Program-made: the position numbers and the translations under genes
Part shown: one piece after another, positions 36,316-44,995 of the stretch
Position numbering within the stretch: position 1 is the stretch's first letter
How the letters are laid out: each line of letters starts with the position of its first letter
DNA from: a virus
IMG/VR virus record: IMGVR_UViG_3300032516_000005
Reading direction: 5' to 3' (one strand)
Length of the DNA stretch: 64,000 bases
Notes under the pieces: model-generated
What the model saw: the letters and a program-made list of their open reading frames with translations, nothing else
Database searches by the model: none
Told to the model about the DNA's origin: nothing

Positions 36316-36770
36316 TAACAGAAACCGAACCTGTTGTGCGGCGGGTACAGCGCGCACATGGGCTTGACCGCCGGACAGTCGCTGTTCATGTCACAAGTCT
36401 TCGTGCACTTGTTGCTGACGCAGTGATGCTCGGTCGTGCAATCGAAGTCCTGTGAGCACGAAGCGCCTTGGCCAGCAGCGCCTGGCGCATGACAGTAACC
36501 GACGGTCAACTGCTGGCTGAGCGGGTAGCATGCATCACCCAGTGCGCAGCCGGTCTGCGCGATGATGTCGCAGGTGTTGGGATCCGCGTCCTGGATCAGC
36601 TGCGGAGCGTCGATCATCGTTGCGTCGATGCTGTGCGGTCCGTCTCCGGTCGAGTCGACAACAGCATCCACTGTCGGACCCGGCCCCGTCGAATCTGGTG
36701 CGCAGCCCATCGTCATCACCGGGCTCGACGAGCACCCAACGATCAAAACACTCACGAAGAAATGTCGCAT
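36312..36770 (-). CDS. Myxobacterial-type Cys-rich lipoprotein
   Basis: MRHFFVSVLIVGC lipobox, IDA/DAP linker, CDIIAQTGC..GDACY...C...G...GASC...DC. Confidence 0.65.
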   Translation of the reverse strand: MRHFFVSVLIVGCSSSPVMTMGCAPDSTGPGPTVDAVVDSTGDGPHSIDATMIDAPQLIQDADPNTCDIIAQTGCALGDACYPLSQQLTVGYCHAPGAAGQGASCSQDFDCTTEHHCVSNKCTKTCDMNSDCPAVKPMCALYPPHNRFGFCY

Positions 36771-36860
36771 CAAACCTCTAGACGTAAGCATATACTGAGC
36801 ATTCACTTGTCGAGAGCATGTTGTGAATGGCCGGCTAACTACGCTAAATAGCAAAGTTTT

Positions 36861-37841
36861 TCAGTCGAAAGCGTCAATGCCCAGTTCCAGCGCCCCGATT
36901 CCTGCGGTGTTCGCGTGGATGATCAAGAACGAGACACCGGGACTTTCGATCGTGAACACGTTGCTCTGATCAGCGGCGATCGCAACGCTCGCCGCAAGGA
37001 GCACTTCAAAGTGATCGGTGATGCCGAATGGGGCTACCGTGTTTGAAGTCGCCAGCACTTCACTGAAAGTGCCGGTGATGGTGACGTTGACTGCGACAGC
37101 CGATCGGTTTCGTGCCGATACGCGAACACGTCGGCGGCCGACGATCGGCATGACGCGAATGATGCGATCCGTGGCGTCTGGACTACAGAGGAACGACAGG
37201 TGAAACGGTGCGCGCGCCGTTGGCGGCAACGCTGCACGGCCGTTGAAGTAGAGAAGCAGGCGTAGCTCGGGATTGATCCAGATCGGCCCGTTGTACCCGA
37301 ACGTCTGCCCGGCGAGCTGTGTTCCGTACGGCTGACCTGGACCGCCCCCGAGAGGAAAATAACGATCGGCGAACCACGCTACGGGATGCGCGCGGATGAT
37401 GATGGGGCCCGGCTGCTGTCCGATGAGTGGTGCGTGCGTGTCGAGAACTTGCTCGCTCTGGAGGATGCCGCCCTTGTTGACGAAGCCCTGATCGATCGTG
37501 CAATTCACCAAATCGGGACCCGGCACGAGTGGTAGATTCACGAACGTCGGAGGCACTTGCGGCAGCGGAACGTAGTGCACGATGCAGCGGTCGATGTCGC
37601 TACGCGGCGCGATCGCGATCGCGGCCAAGCTCGGAATCTCCGGCAGCGTGAACTGCCCGAGGATCGGAATCGACCCGTTGCCGATCGGCGGTTGCGGTGT
37701 CACGACGGGGGGATAGCTGATCGAGCCGTTGTTCGGATCTTGCGCCATCCCACGATTGCCCCAGTTCGTCAGGATCAGTTCGTAGACGTTGTCGCCGAGC
37801 TGCTTCGCATCAGCGAAAGTCCGCGGGTTGATCTGGGCCAT
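36861..37841 (-). CDS. Beta-rich putative virion protein (vertex candidate)
   Basis: Start MAQINP, 7 nt after TACATT; Pro/beta-rich, C-terminal jelly-roll-like strand pattern. Confidence 0.6.
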   Translation of the reverse strand: MAQINPRTFADAKQLGDNVYELILTNWGNRGMAQDPNNGSISYPPVVTPQPPIGNGSIPILGQFTLPEIPSLAAIAIAPRSDIDRCIVHYVPLPQVPPTFVNLPLVPGPDLVNCTIDQGFVNKGGILQSEQVLDTHAPLIGQQPGPIIIRAHPVAWFADRYFPLGGGPGQPYGTQLAGQTFGYNGPIWINPELRLLLYFNGRAALPPTARAPFHLSFLCSPDATDRIIRVMPIVGRRRVRVSARNRSAVAVNVTITGTFSEVLATSNTVAPFGITDHFEVLLAASVAIAADQSNVFTIESPGVSFLIIHANTAGIGALELGIDAFD

Positions 37842-37924
37842 GGCCCTGAATGTACGAGTCGCCCTTGAAACGGTCAAACGGTCCTTGGTGGGATCGTCTA
37901 CGTCCCCTTGACGCTCTCGCGCCT

Positions 37925-37940
37925 GATCGCTTGCGCGATC
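37925..37940. promoter_or_regulatory. Operator-like palindrome GATCGCTTGCGCGATC
   Basis: In a divergent promoter region; TAGCAT-N6-ATG follows. Confidence 0.8.
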
Positions 37941-37968
37941 AACACTCAGATCGTGCTAGCATGGCGCC

Positions 37969-38136
37969 ATGTTCGGTCGACGCATTCCAACCCCCGTACG
38001 TCAAGCAAGTCCGCGCCCCGGCGCGAACACCAATTGCTGCGTGCGGACGGTGCCGGGTCAACAGCCCGCGCAACGTCCAGTGCAGCAGCCGACGCAGCGT
38101 CCAGTGCAGCGTCCGAACCCCTACGTCAAGCGCTAA
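37969..38136 (+). CDS. Small basic Pro/Gln-rich peptide (MFGRRIP...)
   Basis: Hand-translated 55-aa ORF directly after the -10 box. Confidence 0.45.
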   Translation: MFGRRIPTPVRQASPRPGANTNCCVRTVPGQQPAQRPVQQPTQRPVQRPNPYVKR

Positions 38137-38154
38137 GCGCAACAGGAGACCAGC

Positions 38155-38466
38155 ATGCTCGGTTACACACTCGGCAAGAACGGCAAGAGCGGCAAGGGCA
38201 AGCCCAAGAAGAAGTCCACCACCTGTCGCCAGGGCATCGTCAAATTCAAGACGAAGCGCGGCAAGGTCATCTCGTTCAAGGGCAAGACTGGCCCCGGTTG
38301 CGGTCCCCGCCCCAAGCCGAAGACAGGCCACCTCGCGCCCTACAAGAGCGCGATGGCACGCGCAGCGACGGCTTGCAAAGGCCTCAAGAAGGATCAATTC
38401 CAGAGCTGTGTCGCCAGCGCAATGCATGGCAAGGCGCTGGGCAGGCGTCGTCGGACACGCGGATAG
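38155..38466 (+). CDS. Highly basic putative DNA-condensing core protein
   Basis: CAGGAG RBS; Lys/Arg-rich, four Cys; TLG near the N-terminus, ALG before the poly-Arg end. Confidence 0.7.
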   Translation: MLGYTLGKNGKSGKGKPKKKSTTCRQGIVKFKTKRGKVISFKGKTGPGCGPRPKPKTGHLAPYKSAMARAATACKGLKKDQFQSCVASAMHGKALGRRRRTRG

Positions 38467-38477
38467 TACGAGCCCGC

Positions 38478-38687
38478 GTGGATCTTCTTCAAACTCTCAT
38501 CGAACGCTGGGGCTTCCCAGCTGCCTTTGCCGTATGGCTCATGATGGGGGTCACGCGAGATTTGCGTGAGATCCGCGCGCTCATCCACAAGCAGGTGATC
38601 TTGAACGCCGTGATCTTGAAAACCCTCGACATCCCAGAGGCGGTCACACTCACTGCGAGTGTCATCCCCGAGGATAAGGCAGGCTAG
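38478..38687 (+). CDS. Small single-TM protein (YvrJ/holin-like)
   Basis: MDLLQTLIERWGFPAAFAVWLM. Confidence 0.55.
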   Translation: MDLLQTLIERWGFPAAFAVWLMMGVTRDLREIRALIHKQVILNAVILKTLDIPEAVTLTASVIPEDKAG

Positions 38688-38688
38688 C

Positions 38689-38910
38689 GTGTGGTCATTC
38701 CTCGCTTCGGTCACCGTATTCATCGTCTTCATCGTCGGGCTCGGGCTCTGGCGACAGTTCACACGGCGCGAAATCAAGCACGTGATCGTGAACGTTGATC
38801 AGCAGATCAACGTCGCAGCAGAGGTCGCGCAACGCCGTCACGTCCAGCGCTTCGGACGGTCCAGCACCGACCTCACACAGACCCTCAACGGCGCCGCACA
38901 CAAGTCGTGA
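38689..38910 (+). CDS. Small single-TM protein
   Basis: N-terminal TM; AGGCAGG upstream. Confidence 0.55.
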   Translation: MWSFLASVTVFIVFIVGLGLWRQFTRREIKHVIVNVDQQINVAAEVAQRRHVQRFGRSSTDLTQTLNGAAHKS

Positions 38911-38916
38911 ACCTGC

Positions 38917-39207
38917 GTGGAAGTCGATGTTGTACCGCTCGCTGCAGCGATCGCTGTTGCGCTTGCGTGGATTCCCGTGGGCTTGCGCTTCGTGCGCTCG
39001 TGGCGCGCACGAGGCAATCCGATCAGCCTCGCAATCTGTGCGCTGATCGTTCAAGCGCTTTACGCGCCGATCTACCTGGTGATGGCGCTCCACGATTTGT
39101 GGCCGATCGCGACGGTCATCACCATCAATGGGATTTCCTGCGCGACGTTCTACGTCACGATCCACTGCGCCAGCCGCAAGTTCCCTGACACGCGGAACGA
39201 CGCGTAG
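38917..39207 (+). CDS. Three-TM membrane protein
   Basis: Three hydrophobic segments. Confidence 0.6.
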   Translation: MEVDVVPLAAAIAVALAWIPVGLRFVRSWRARGNPISLAICALIVQALYAPIYLVMALHDLWPIATVITINGISCATFYVTIHCASRKFPDTRNDA

Positions 39208-39224
39208 CCACCAAGGAGACTTCG

Positions 39225-39656
39225 ATGTCGACCTCTCAAGGCCCTCTTGCCATGATGCGTAACATCCAGCAGCAAGCCACTGACCTGACAGCACGTCTCG
39301 CCGGCCAATCGGCCACGGCTGCCATGATGGGCCTCGGTGATGACGGTCAGCTGGTCGTGAAGGTCACCGAGTCGATCGCGGACCGCATCATCCGCATCCG
39401 TGCGCGTATGCTCACCGTCGGCATTCCCGTTGCCGTCGGAACGGGTGTCCTCACGACAGTCGCGTTCGCGGGTGCGTTTGGGCTCGCGAAGACTGAACGC
39501 GTCTGGGCCCCCGCGTTGCTGTTGGGCAGCGTCGCAACGCTTGCAGCGCTGGTCAGCGTGGCCGTAGCAGCGAAGACGGCTACAGCTGCCAGCGACGCTG
39601 TTGCAGCTGCGCTCGTCAATGCGAAAAGCGCTGCTGCAGCGCCAGCCTCGTACTAG
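39225..39656 (+). CDS. Two-TM putative virion protein
   Basis: AAGGAG RBS; MMGLGD boundary then two TMs. Confidence 0.7.
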   Translation: MSTSQGPLAMMRNIQQQATDLTARLAGQSATAAMMGLGDDGQLVVKVTESIADRIIRIRARMLTVGIPVAVGTGVLTTVAFAGAFGLAKTERVWAPALLLGSVATLAALVSVAVAAKTATAASDAVAAALVNAKSAAAAPASY

Positions 39657-39991
39657 CGTTGGCCGTGCGGGACGTGGACGTACGTTCCCGGCGGTAGACC
39701 GACGGGGCAGTTGATCGACCGCGTCGCCCATTGGACCTGGCCGTTCGGCGTCCGGGTCAGGTAACGCATCTGGCAGATGAACGGCCGCGACTGCGAGACC
39801 GCCTGCGGTCCACCGGGCGGCAGAAGTGCCGGCGGTAGCGGTCGCGCGTTCTGCGGCAGCCCGTGCTGCTGCTGGAGCGCTTGCATGGCATTCGCCAGCT
39901 GGCCCTGCATGCCGCCCGGTGCAGTCGGATCGACTGCGATCGAACCAAGGTTGGCACCGTCGGCGCCGCGAATGCTTGCATACATCGTCAT
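39653..39991 (-). CDS. Hypothetical protein
   Basis: GAGGAG RBS; NLGS; Cys pair; downstream of the thioredoxin. Confidence 0.6.
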   Translation of the reverse strand: MTMYASIRGADGANLGSIAVDPTAPGGMQGQLANAMQALQQQHGLPQNARPLPPALLPPGGPQAVSQSRPFICQMRYLTRTPNGQVQWATRSINCPVGLPPGTYVHVPHGQR

Positions 39992-40003
39992 CTGATTTCT
40001 CCT

Positions 40004-40318
40004 CTAGTAGTGGGGACCCAAAGCAACTTCGCGCGCGGCGACGTTGAACAACCATACGATCTGAGTATCGGGAATCGCGCTTTCGACGCGGATGACACCC
40101 GACGGACGTCGCAGCACGAACGTCGCCGGAACGTTGTTGACGTTGAGACGCGTCCCCAGGTCAGCGTTTCGTGGATCGTTTGCGTCGAGCATGACCACAG
40201 GAACCTGTGGGTAGTGCTGCGCGATGCGTTGGAACCGCGGCTTGTATTCTTCGCAGGCCTCACAACCTGAAATCGTGAAGAGCACCACGATCACGCGTGA
40301 GTTTTGGGGAGTATTCAT
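40004..40318 (-). CDS. Thioredoxin-like protein
   Basis: VVLFTISGCEAC...P.F..IA...LDA...LNVNNVPATF (CxxC plus cis-Pro loop). Confidence 0.85.
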   Translation of the reverse strand: MNTPQNSRVIVVLFTISGCEACEEYKPRFQRIAQHYPQVPVVMLDANDPRNADLGTRLNVNNVPATFVLRRPSGVIRVESAIPDTQIVWLFNVAAREVALGPHY

Positions 40319-40342
40319 CGCGGGGCTTGCCATCCTACTCTG

Positions 40343-40402
40343 GATCACGGGCGCGATCGAGGTATCTGCGGAATTTACCCGTAGACGATCGCGCGCGCGA
40401 TC
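40343..40402. promoter_or_regulatory. Two operator-like palindromes in a divergent promoter
   Basis: GATCACGGGCGCGATC at 40343-40358; GATCGCGCGCGCGATC at 40387-40402. Confidence 0.8.
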
Positions 40403-40449
40403 TTTGACCCCTTTACAGCCTGCGTGATACATCTTTGGGAGGAGATCCC

Positions 40450-41166
40450 ATGCTTTTCCAGTCTCACAACGGCAGCTCGAACGGCGCATACGGCGCCGCC
40501 CAGCACGCCTACGACCCGAATGATGGGACGTATGGCGCGTACAACCCCAACGACGCGTACAACCCCGACACCGCGTACGACGCAGCCATCTACGGCGGCG
40601 GCTACGGTGGCTACAACGGATTCGGCGCCGCCGCAAAGCTGGTTGGCCCAGGGAAGGGCCAGGACTTCAACTGCAACGCGTTCATCTGCTACGGCGGCAG
40701 CGCGACCAACGACAACTTGTTCAAGTCGTTGCAGCAGAAGATCAACCAGCTCGCGAGTCCCGGCACGAAGCCGCTCATCGTCGACGGCTTCCTCGGACCC
40801 ACCACAGTCACGGCACTCCGAGCACTGGAGACGACGTTCAACAGCTTCTCGACCAAGGAGCAGGTCGCTGCGGATGCGCCCACCATCGTCGGGATGCTCG
40901 ATGCACTGATCGCGATGCGTGCTGCTGCAGCACAAGTAGGCCTGTCCCCGCCACTCGCGCCGGCAGGCACGCCAGTCACGTACACGCCGCCGACCCTGCC
41001 CGCAGCCCCCGGCAAGCCCGCGCCGCAACTGCCCGCAGCCCCCGGCGAGCCCGCGCCAGAAAAGTCCAACACGATGCTCTACGTGTTGGGCGGTCTCGCG
41101 GCAGTCCTCGTCGTGGGTGGCGTCGGCTACTACGTGTACCGCCGCAAGGCACAGCGGGAAGGCTAG
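40450..41166 (+). CDS. Tail-anchored PGBD-like putative virion protein (family B)
   Basis: MLF leader with YDP/YNP repeats, NGFGA, DFNCNAFICYG, LQQKIN..PLIVDGFLGPTT, TM plus RRK. Confidence 0.8.
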   Translation: MLFQSHNGSSNGAYGAAQHAYDPNDGTYGAYNPNDAYNPDTAYDAAIYGGGYGGYNGFGAAAKLVGPGKGQDFNCNAFICYGGSATNDNLFKSLQQKINQLASPGTKPLIVDGFLGPTTVTALRALETTFNSFSTKEQVAADAPTIVGMLDALIAMRAAAAQVGLSPPLAPAGTPVTYTPPTLPAAPGKPAPQLPAAPGEPAPEKSNTMLYVLGGLAAVLVVGGVGYYVYRRKAQREG

Positions 41167-41169
41167 TCC

Positions 41170-41922
41170 GTGCTCTTCACGACGTACAACGGCGTTGGCG
41201 GATTCGGATCGGTGATCCACGGATTCGGTGCTCCACGCACGTTCATCAAGGGTACCGACTTCAACTGCAATCAGTACATCTGCTACGGCATCGGACCGAA
41301 CCACCAGCTGTTCAAGGATCTCCAAACGACGCTTAACCGTTACGGGCAAACGTTTGGTTCGTTCAAACCGCTTCTCGTTGACGGCTTCATCGGTGACTCG
41401 ACGGTGAAGGCTGTCGCCATTGCCGCAGCGACAGCGAACATCGCGTCGCTTGGAATGACGCGGGAAGCCGTTGCCGCGAACGCGCCTGCACTGATCGAGC
41501 AGCTGACTGCTTTCCTGGTGCCGGTTGTGCCAACGCAGCCGATACAACCTCCGATCGTCGTCACGCAGCAACAGCCACAGCCCGCGCAACCGGCACGACC
41601 TCAACCCGTACAACCGGGTCAGCTTTCGCCGCAACCCGCGCCACCGCCCGCGCAACCCACGCCAGTCACGCACCCTGGTGCGCAGACGACACCCTCACCT
41701 GGTGCGCAGACGCCACCCGCCGCATCGTTAGTGCCGCTGACACCGACAGCGTCCAAGATCCCGACGTGGGTCTGGATCACTGCAGGCGTCACAGGTGCCG
41801 TCGTGGTCGGCCTGGTCGGCTTCGCGTTGCGCAAGCCGGCACCTGAAGCGCTTGGCCGCGACGATGACTACGATTACGACGACTACGGTTACGGTTCTCG
41901 CTACCGGCGCCGTTGGTGGTAA
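41170..41922 (+). CDS. Tail-anchored PGBD-like putative virion protein (family B)
   Basis: GGFG, HGFGA, DFNCNQYICYG, PLLVDGFIGDST, TM, ALGR...RRRWW. Confidence 0.8.
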   Translation: MLFTTYNGVGGFGSVIHGFGAPRTFIKGTDFNCNQYICYGIGPNHQLFKDLQTTLNRYGQTFGSFKPLLVDGFIGDSTVKAVAIAAATANIASLGMTREAVAANAPALIEQLTAFLVPVVPTQPIQPPIVVTQQQPQPAQPARPQPVQPGQLSPQPAPPPAQPTPVTHPGAQTTPSPGAQTPPAASLVPLTPTASKIPTWVWITAGVTGAVVVGLVGFALRKPAPEALGRDDDYDYDDYGYGSRYRRRWW

Positions 41923-41925
41923 CAC

Positions 41926-42501
41926 ATGTTCGGCATGCTCACACAGAACGTCAACTTCAAGTGCAACGAGGTGATCTGCTACGGCGTCGGAGCTGTGCAC
42001 GAACAGTTCAAGACGTTGCAGGCAATGATCAACGCATTCGCTGCGCGAGGCGGCTTCGCGCCGCTCGATGTCGATGGCTTCATCGGTGACAAGACCATCG
42101 TTGCTGCCAACGCTGTTGCTCAAGTCACGGGCATACCGTCGCCAGGGACGACATGGCCGGCGCTCGCCGCCAACGCGCTGGCGTTCATGGCGCAACTTCA
42201 AGGCTTCCTGAGCACGGCATCGCCGCAAGCGCTCACCACAACCGCTGCAGCACCGCCGCCCGAGATCACGGCGACTGTCCAGCAAGTGGTCACGGCGTGC
42301 CGTGTCAGCAAGCAAGATCCAACGTGTGCGAAGGCCACGTTGATGTGTCAGCAGGTTCACGGGACGCCTGCAGCCAAGCTCGCCGACGTCGTGCAGATCT
42401 GCGGAGCCGTCCGAGGTCGCACGTGGATCTGGTGGGTCGTCGGCGGGGTCGCTGCAGCGACCGGCGTCGGTCTCGTGCTCTACCATCGAAAACGCCCGTA
42501 A
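41926..42501 (+). CDS. Tail-anchored PGBD-like putative virion protein (family B)
   Basis: MFG, NFKCNEVICYG, PLDVDGFIGDKT, 4-Cys linker, TM plus HRKR. Confidence 0.8.
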   Translation: MFGMLTQNVNFKCNEVICYGVGAVHEQFKTLQAMINAFAARGGFAPLDVDGFIGDKTIVAANAVAQVTGIPSPGTTWPALAANALAFMAQLQGFLSTASPQALTTTAAAPPPEITATVQQVVTACRVSKQDPTCAKATLMCQQVHGTPAAKLADVVQICGAVRGRTWIWWVVGGVAAATGVGLVLYHRKRP

Positions 42502-42507
42502 CCAGTC

Positions 42508-42523
42508 GATCGCATCCGCGATC
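42508..42523. promoter_or_regulatory. Operator-like palindrome GATCGCATCCGCGATC
   Basis: Followed by TGG-TAGGCT-N5-ATG. Confidence 0.8.
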
Positions 42524-42544
42524 GGGGTTGTGGTAGGCTGGCCC

Positions 42545-43477
42545 ATGCTCGTAAGCAGCTATGTCAACGGCTTCGGCGCTGCCAGCTTCGGTCAGGCGCG
42601 ATCATTGTTCGAGGTCGCTGCCATCGCGGTGCAGCGTGCACAAAGTCCGGGGGGCGGCTTCGGCAACGCCTTCGGCCTGGCAACGAGCTTCGAGGCCTTC
42701 ACAGCTGCTTCTGCTGCACGGCGTCCTGAGACCTTCGTGTCCTCCGGGGTGTTCTGTCGCGTACCAGATGTCCGTGGCCTGTTCAGCATCGAGTGTTTCG
42801 CGAACGCGAAGCGTGGCCCCGCTGATGATCCCGCCAAGGCGTTGCAACGGGCCACCGACCTGCTCATGAATCAGATCCCGCTGTTCGAAGATACGCGCAC
42901 GGCGCAACAGCGTGGGGAGCCGATCAAAGTCAAGCTGCCGGACGGGTCGACCGAAGCTGTCCGCATCCCGGCGTTCCCTATGAACCCGGTGCTCTCGATT
43001 GGTGGCGGGTATGACGGACTCATCGGCGGTGGCACGATGCAGTTTGCTGCACCCGCGATGCTTCTGGCCGGCGCGTTGTCGGCGCCACCTCCCAGTGTCG
43101 TGCCCGCGTTCGCGTCGCCGACAGCGTTCACGTTCACGCGAGACGCGGGTGCAATCGCAGGCTACTTCACCCAGGTTGCGAACAACTTCGGACGTCTCTT
43201 GGCCGAGATGAAGGCGCGTGGCAACACACCTGCCGTGACACCGCTCGTTCCCGAGACCGTGATCGTTCGTCCCGACAGTGTCGAAGTGAAAAAGCGCTCC
43301 CTCGCGCCTATCATCGGAGCCGCTGCTGCGATGATCGGTCTCACTGCAATCGGCGCCGTCGCAGCCGCGAAACACAAGCCTGCGATGGCCTACGAAGACG
43401 ACCTCCCGAGCCCTGCATTCGGTCGCCGTCGCCACCACAGCCGTGGGCACCACGGACTGCGGCCGCGAGGCTGGTGA
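42545..43477 (+). CDS. Tail-anchored putative virion protein (divergent family B)
   Basis: MLV..NGFGA, GGFG, ALQRA...YDGLIGGGT, TM, AFGRRR. Confidence 0.75.
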   Translation: MLVSSYVNGFGAASFGQARSLFEVAAIAVQRAQSPGGGFGNAFGLATSFEAFTAASAARRPETFVSSGVFCRVPDVRGLFSIECFANAKRGPADDPAKALQRATDLLMNQIPLFEDTRTAQQRGEPIKVKLPDGSTEAVRIPAFPMNPVLSIGGGYDGLIGGGTMQFAAPAMLLAGALSAPPPSVVPAFASPTAFTFTRDAGAIAGYFTQVANNFGRLLAEMKARGNTPAVTPLVPETVIVRPDSVEVKKRSLAPIIGAAAAMIGLTAIGAVAAAKHKPAMAYEDDLPSPAFGRRRHHSRGHHGLRPRGW

Positions 43478-43480
43478 ACC

Positions 43481-43927
43481 GTGATCGTCGCACAGTTCGG
43501 TGAGAGCGCGAACACGCTCGTCAAACAGTGGAAGGGCGGCTACCGCAACGGCTTCCCGACCTTCCGTGCCGCTGAGCCACCCGTGCGGCCGATGCACTAC
43601 GACCAGAGCCAGATTTACTCGGGCGTGATCGGTCGCCAGTACGAAGACAGCACCAACCGCTACATGTACCTGTACGACCCGAACATGTACCTGCAGCCGG
43701 GGTTCAGTGGTTTTGGGGCAGCCGACGGCATGTCAACTCAGACCAAGATCGCGATCGGCGTCGGCGCGGGTGTGCTTGTGCTCGGTGCTGCTTTGTTGGC
43801 GCGCCACCAGCTCGCGCAGGAACATGTCGATCCGTATGAGCGGCACCGTACGACGCGCAAATTTGCGCCACGTTGGGCCAGTGAATCAGGTGAGACGTAT
43901 CGTGCAGGTCGGCGTCTGCGTAGGTAG
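43481..43927 (+). CDS. Single-TM putative virion protein
   Basis: QFGE; SGFGA before the TM; basic tail. Confidence 0.7.
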   Translation: MIVAQFGESANTLVKQWKGGYRNGFPTFRAAEPPVRPMHYDQSQIYSGVIGRQYEDSTNRYMYLYDPNMYLQPGFSGFGAADGMSTQTKIAIGVGAGVLVLGAALLARHQLAQEHVDPYERHRTTRKFAPRWASESGETYRAGRRLRR

Positions 43928-43974
43928 CGTACGACTACTAGCGTGGGCACTAAAGCGCGAGTATAATCGCACGC

Positions 43975-44214
43975 GTGAGCACACGAACCAAGCGTCCGAC
44001 GCGGTCGCGCCAAGCTTCCAGTCGCGCCAGCGATCGCATTTCGCACCTGCACGTCGTCGTTGATGACGAGCTGCGTACCAAGCTGGAAGCGTACGCACGC
44101 AAACGTGACGGCAAGCCCCCGTCCAAGCACTACGACCGGAAGCCAAACCTCTCGGCGGCTGTTCGTGATCTGCTCCGATCGTCGCTGGGTCTGCCCGCCG
44201 CTGAAGCTGCGTAG
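43975..44214 (+). CDS. Ribbon-helix-helix DNA-binding protein
   Basis: LHVVVDDELRTKLEAYA...NLSAAVRDLL; TATAAT-N7-GTG. Confidence 0.75.
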   Translation: MSTRTKRPTRSRQASSRASDRISHLHVVVDDELRTKLEAYARKRDGKPPSKHYDRKPNLSAAVRDLLRSSLGLPAAEAA

Positions 44215-44216
44215 AC

Positions 44217-44232
44217 GATCGCGGACACGATC
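44217..44232. promoter_or_regulatory. Operator-like variant GATCGCGGACACGATC
   Basis: Followed by TACCGT-N6-ATG. Confidence 0.75.
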
Positions 44233-44253
44233 ACCCTGTGATACCGTTAGGGC

Positions 44254-44730
44254 ATGCTGCAACGGCGCATGCCCTACATCCCCAACGGCAAGTCCAAGGG
44301 ACGCCGCCCGAGCGACTTCGATCCCAGTCAACTGACGGTCGGGACCGAGGTCGAGATGGAACACACAACCAATCGCCGTGTCGCACAGCGCATCGCGATG
44401 GATCACCTAACCGAGGACCGCAGCTACTACAAGAAGCTCGCGAAGATCCACCTCGATGGCCGTCAACGCCGTGGACACAACTTCGGTGACGCTGCCTGCT
44501 CACACACTTCGCGCGTGGTTCGCGGTGGTGTGGGTGCCCTGATCGGCGGCGTCATCGGCGGCATGATCGGCGGCGGCGTGGCATTGGCCGTCACGACGTC
44601 GCAGTTCGAGGTCGCGCACCCGATCGAGACTGTAAAACGCGCCAAGACCATGGGGTTGGTTGCAATGGGCATCGCGGTCCTCGGCGCCGTTGGTGGCCTC
44701 ATGGCGGGTTCTGCAAAGCCGGAGTGCTGA
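44254..44730 (+). CDS. DUF5661-like domain fused to a Gly-zipper hairpin ending PEC
   Basis: QL..G.EVEMEHT....A.RIAMDHL.ED..YY.KL; NFGD; two TMs; KPEC. Confidence 0.75.
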   Translation: MLQRRMPYIPNGKSKGRRPSDFDPSQLTVGTEVEMEHTTNRRVAQRIAMDHLTEDRSYYKKLAKIHLDGRQRRGHNFGDAACSHTSRVVRGGVGALIGGVIGGMIGGGVALAVTTSQFEVAHPIETVKRAKTMGLVAMGIAVLGAVGGLMAGSAKPEC

Positions 44731-44731
44731 A

Positions 44732-44995
44732 ATGAAACGTCGTCGTCAGCTCGGCATCGAAATCAAGTGCACGCAGTCACCGCGCTGGGCTCGCGGTATC
44801 GGCGGCATGCTCGTCGGTAGCGCGGCCGGCGCAATCTTGGGCGTTTTGGTCGGCGGTGCCGTCGGCGTCAACCGGCTCACGGATAACTCGTCAAAGAACG
44901 CGCCGGTCCGCGGTGCACTCCTCGCCGCATTCGGGCTCACGATCACGGGCGCGGTCGTCGGTGCTGTTGCCGGTACCGTCCCTCCAGAGTGCTGA
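44732..44995 (+). CDS. Gly-zipper hairpin protein ending PPEC
   Basis: MKRRRQLG, Cys, two GxxxG TMs. Confidence 0.7.
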   Translation: MKRRRQLGIEIKCTQSPRWARGIGGMLVGSAAGAILGVLVGGAVGVNRLTDNSSKNAPVRGALLAAFGLTITGAVVGAVAGTVPPEC

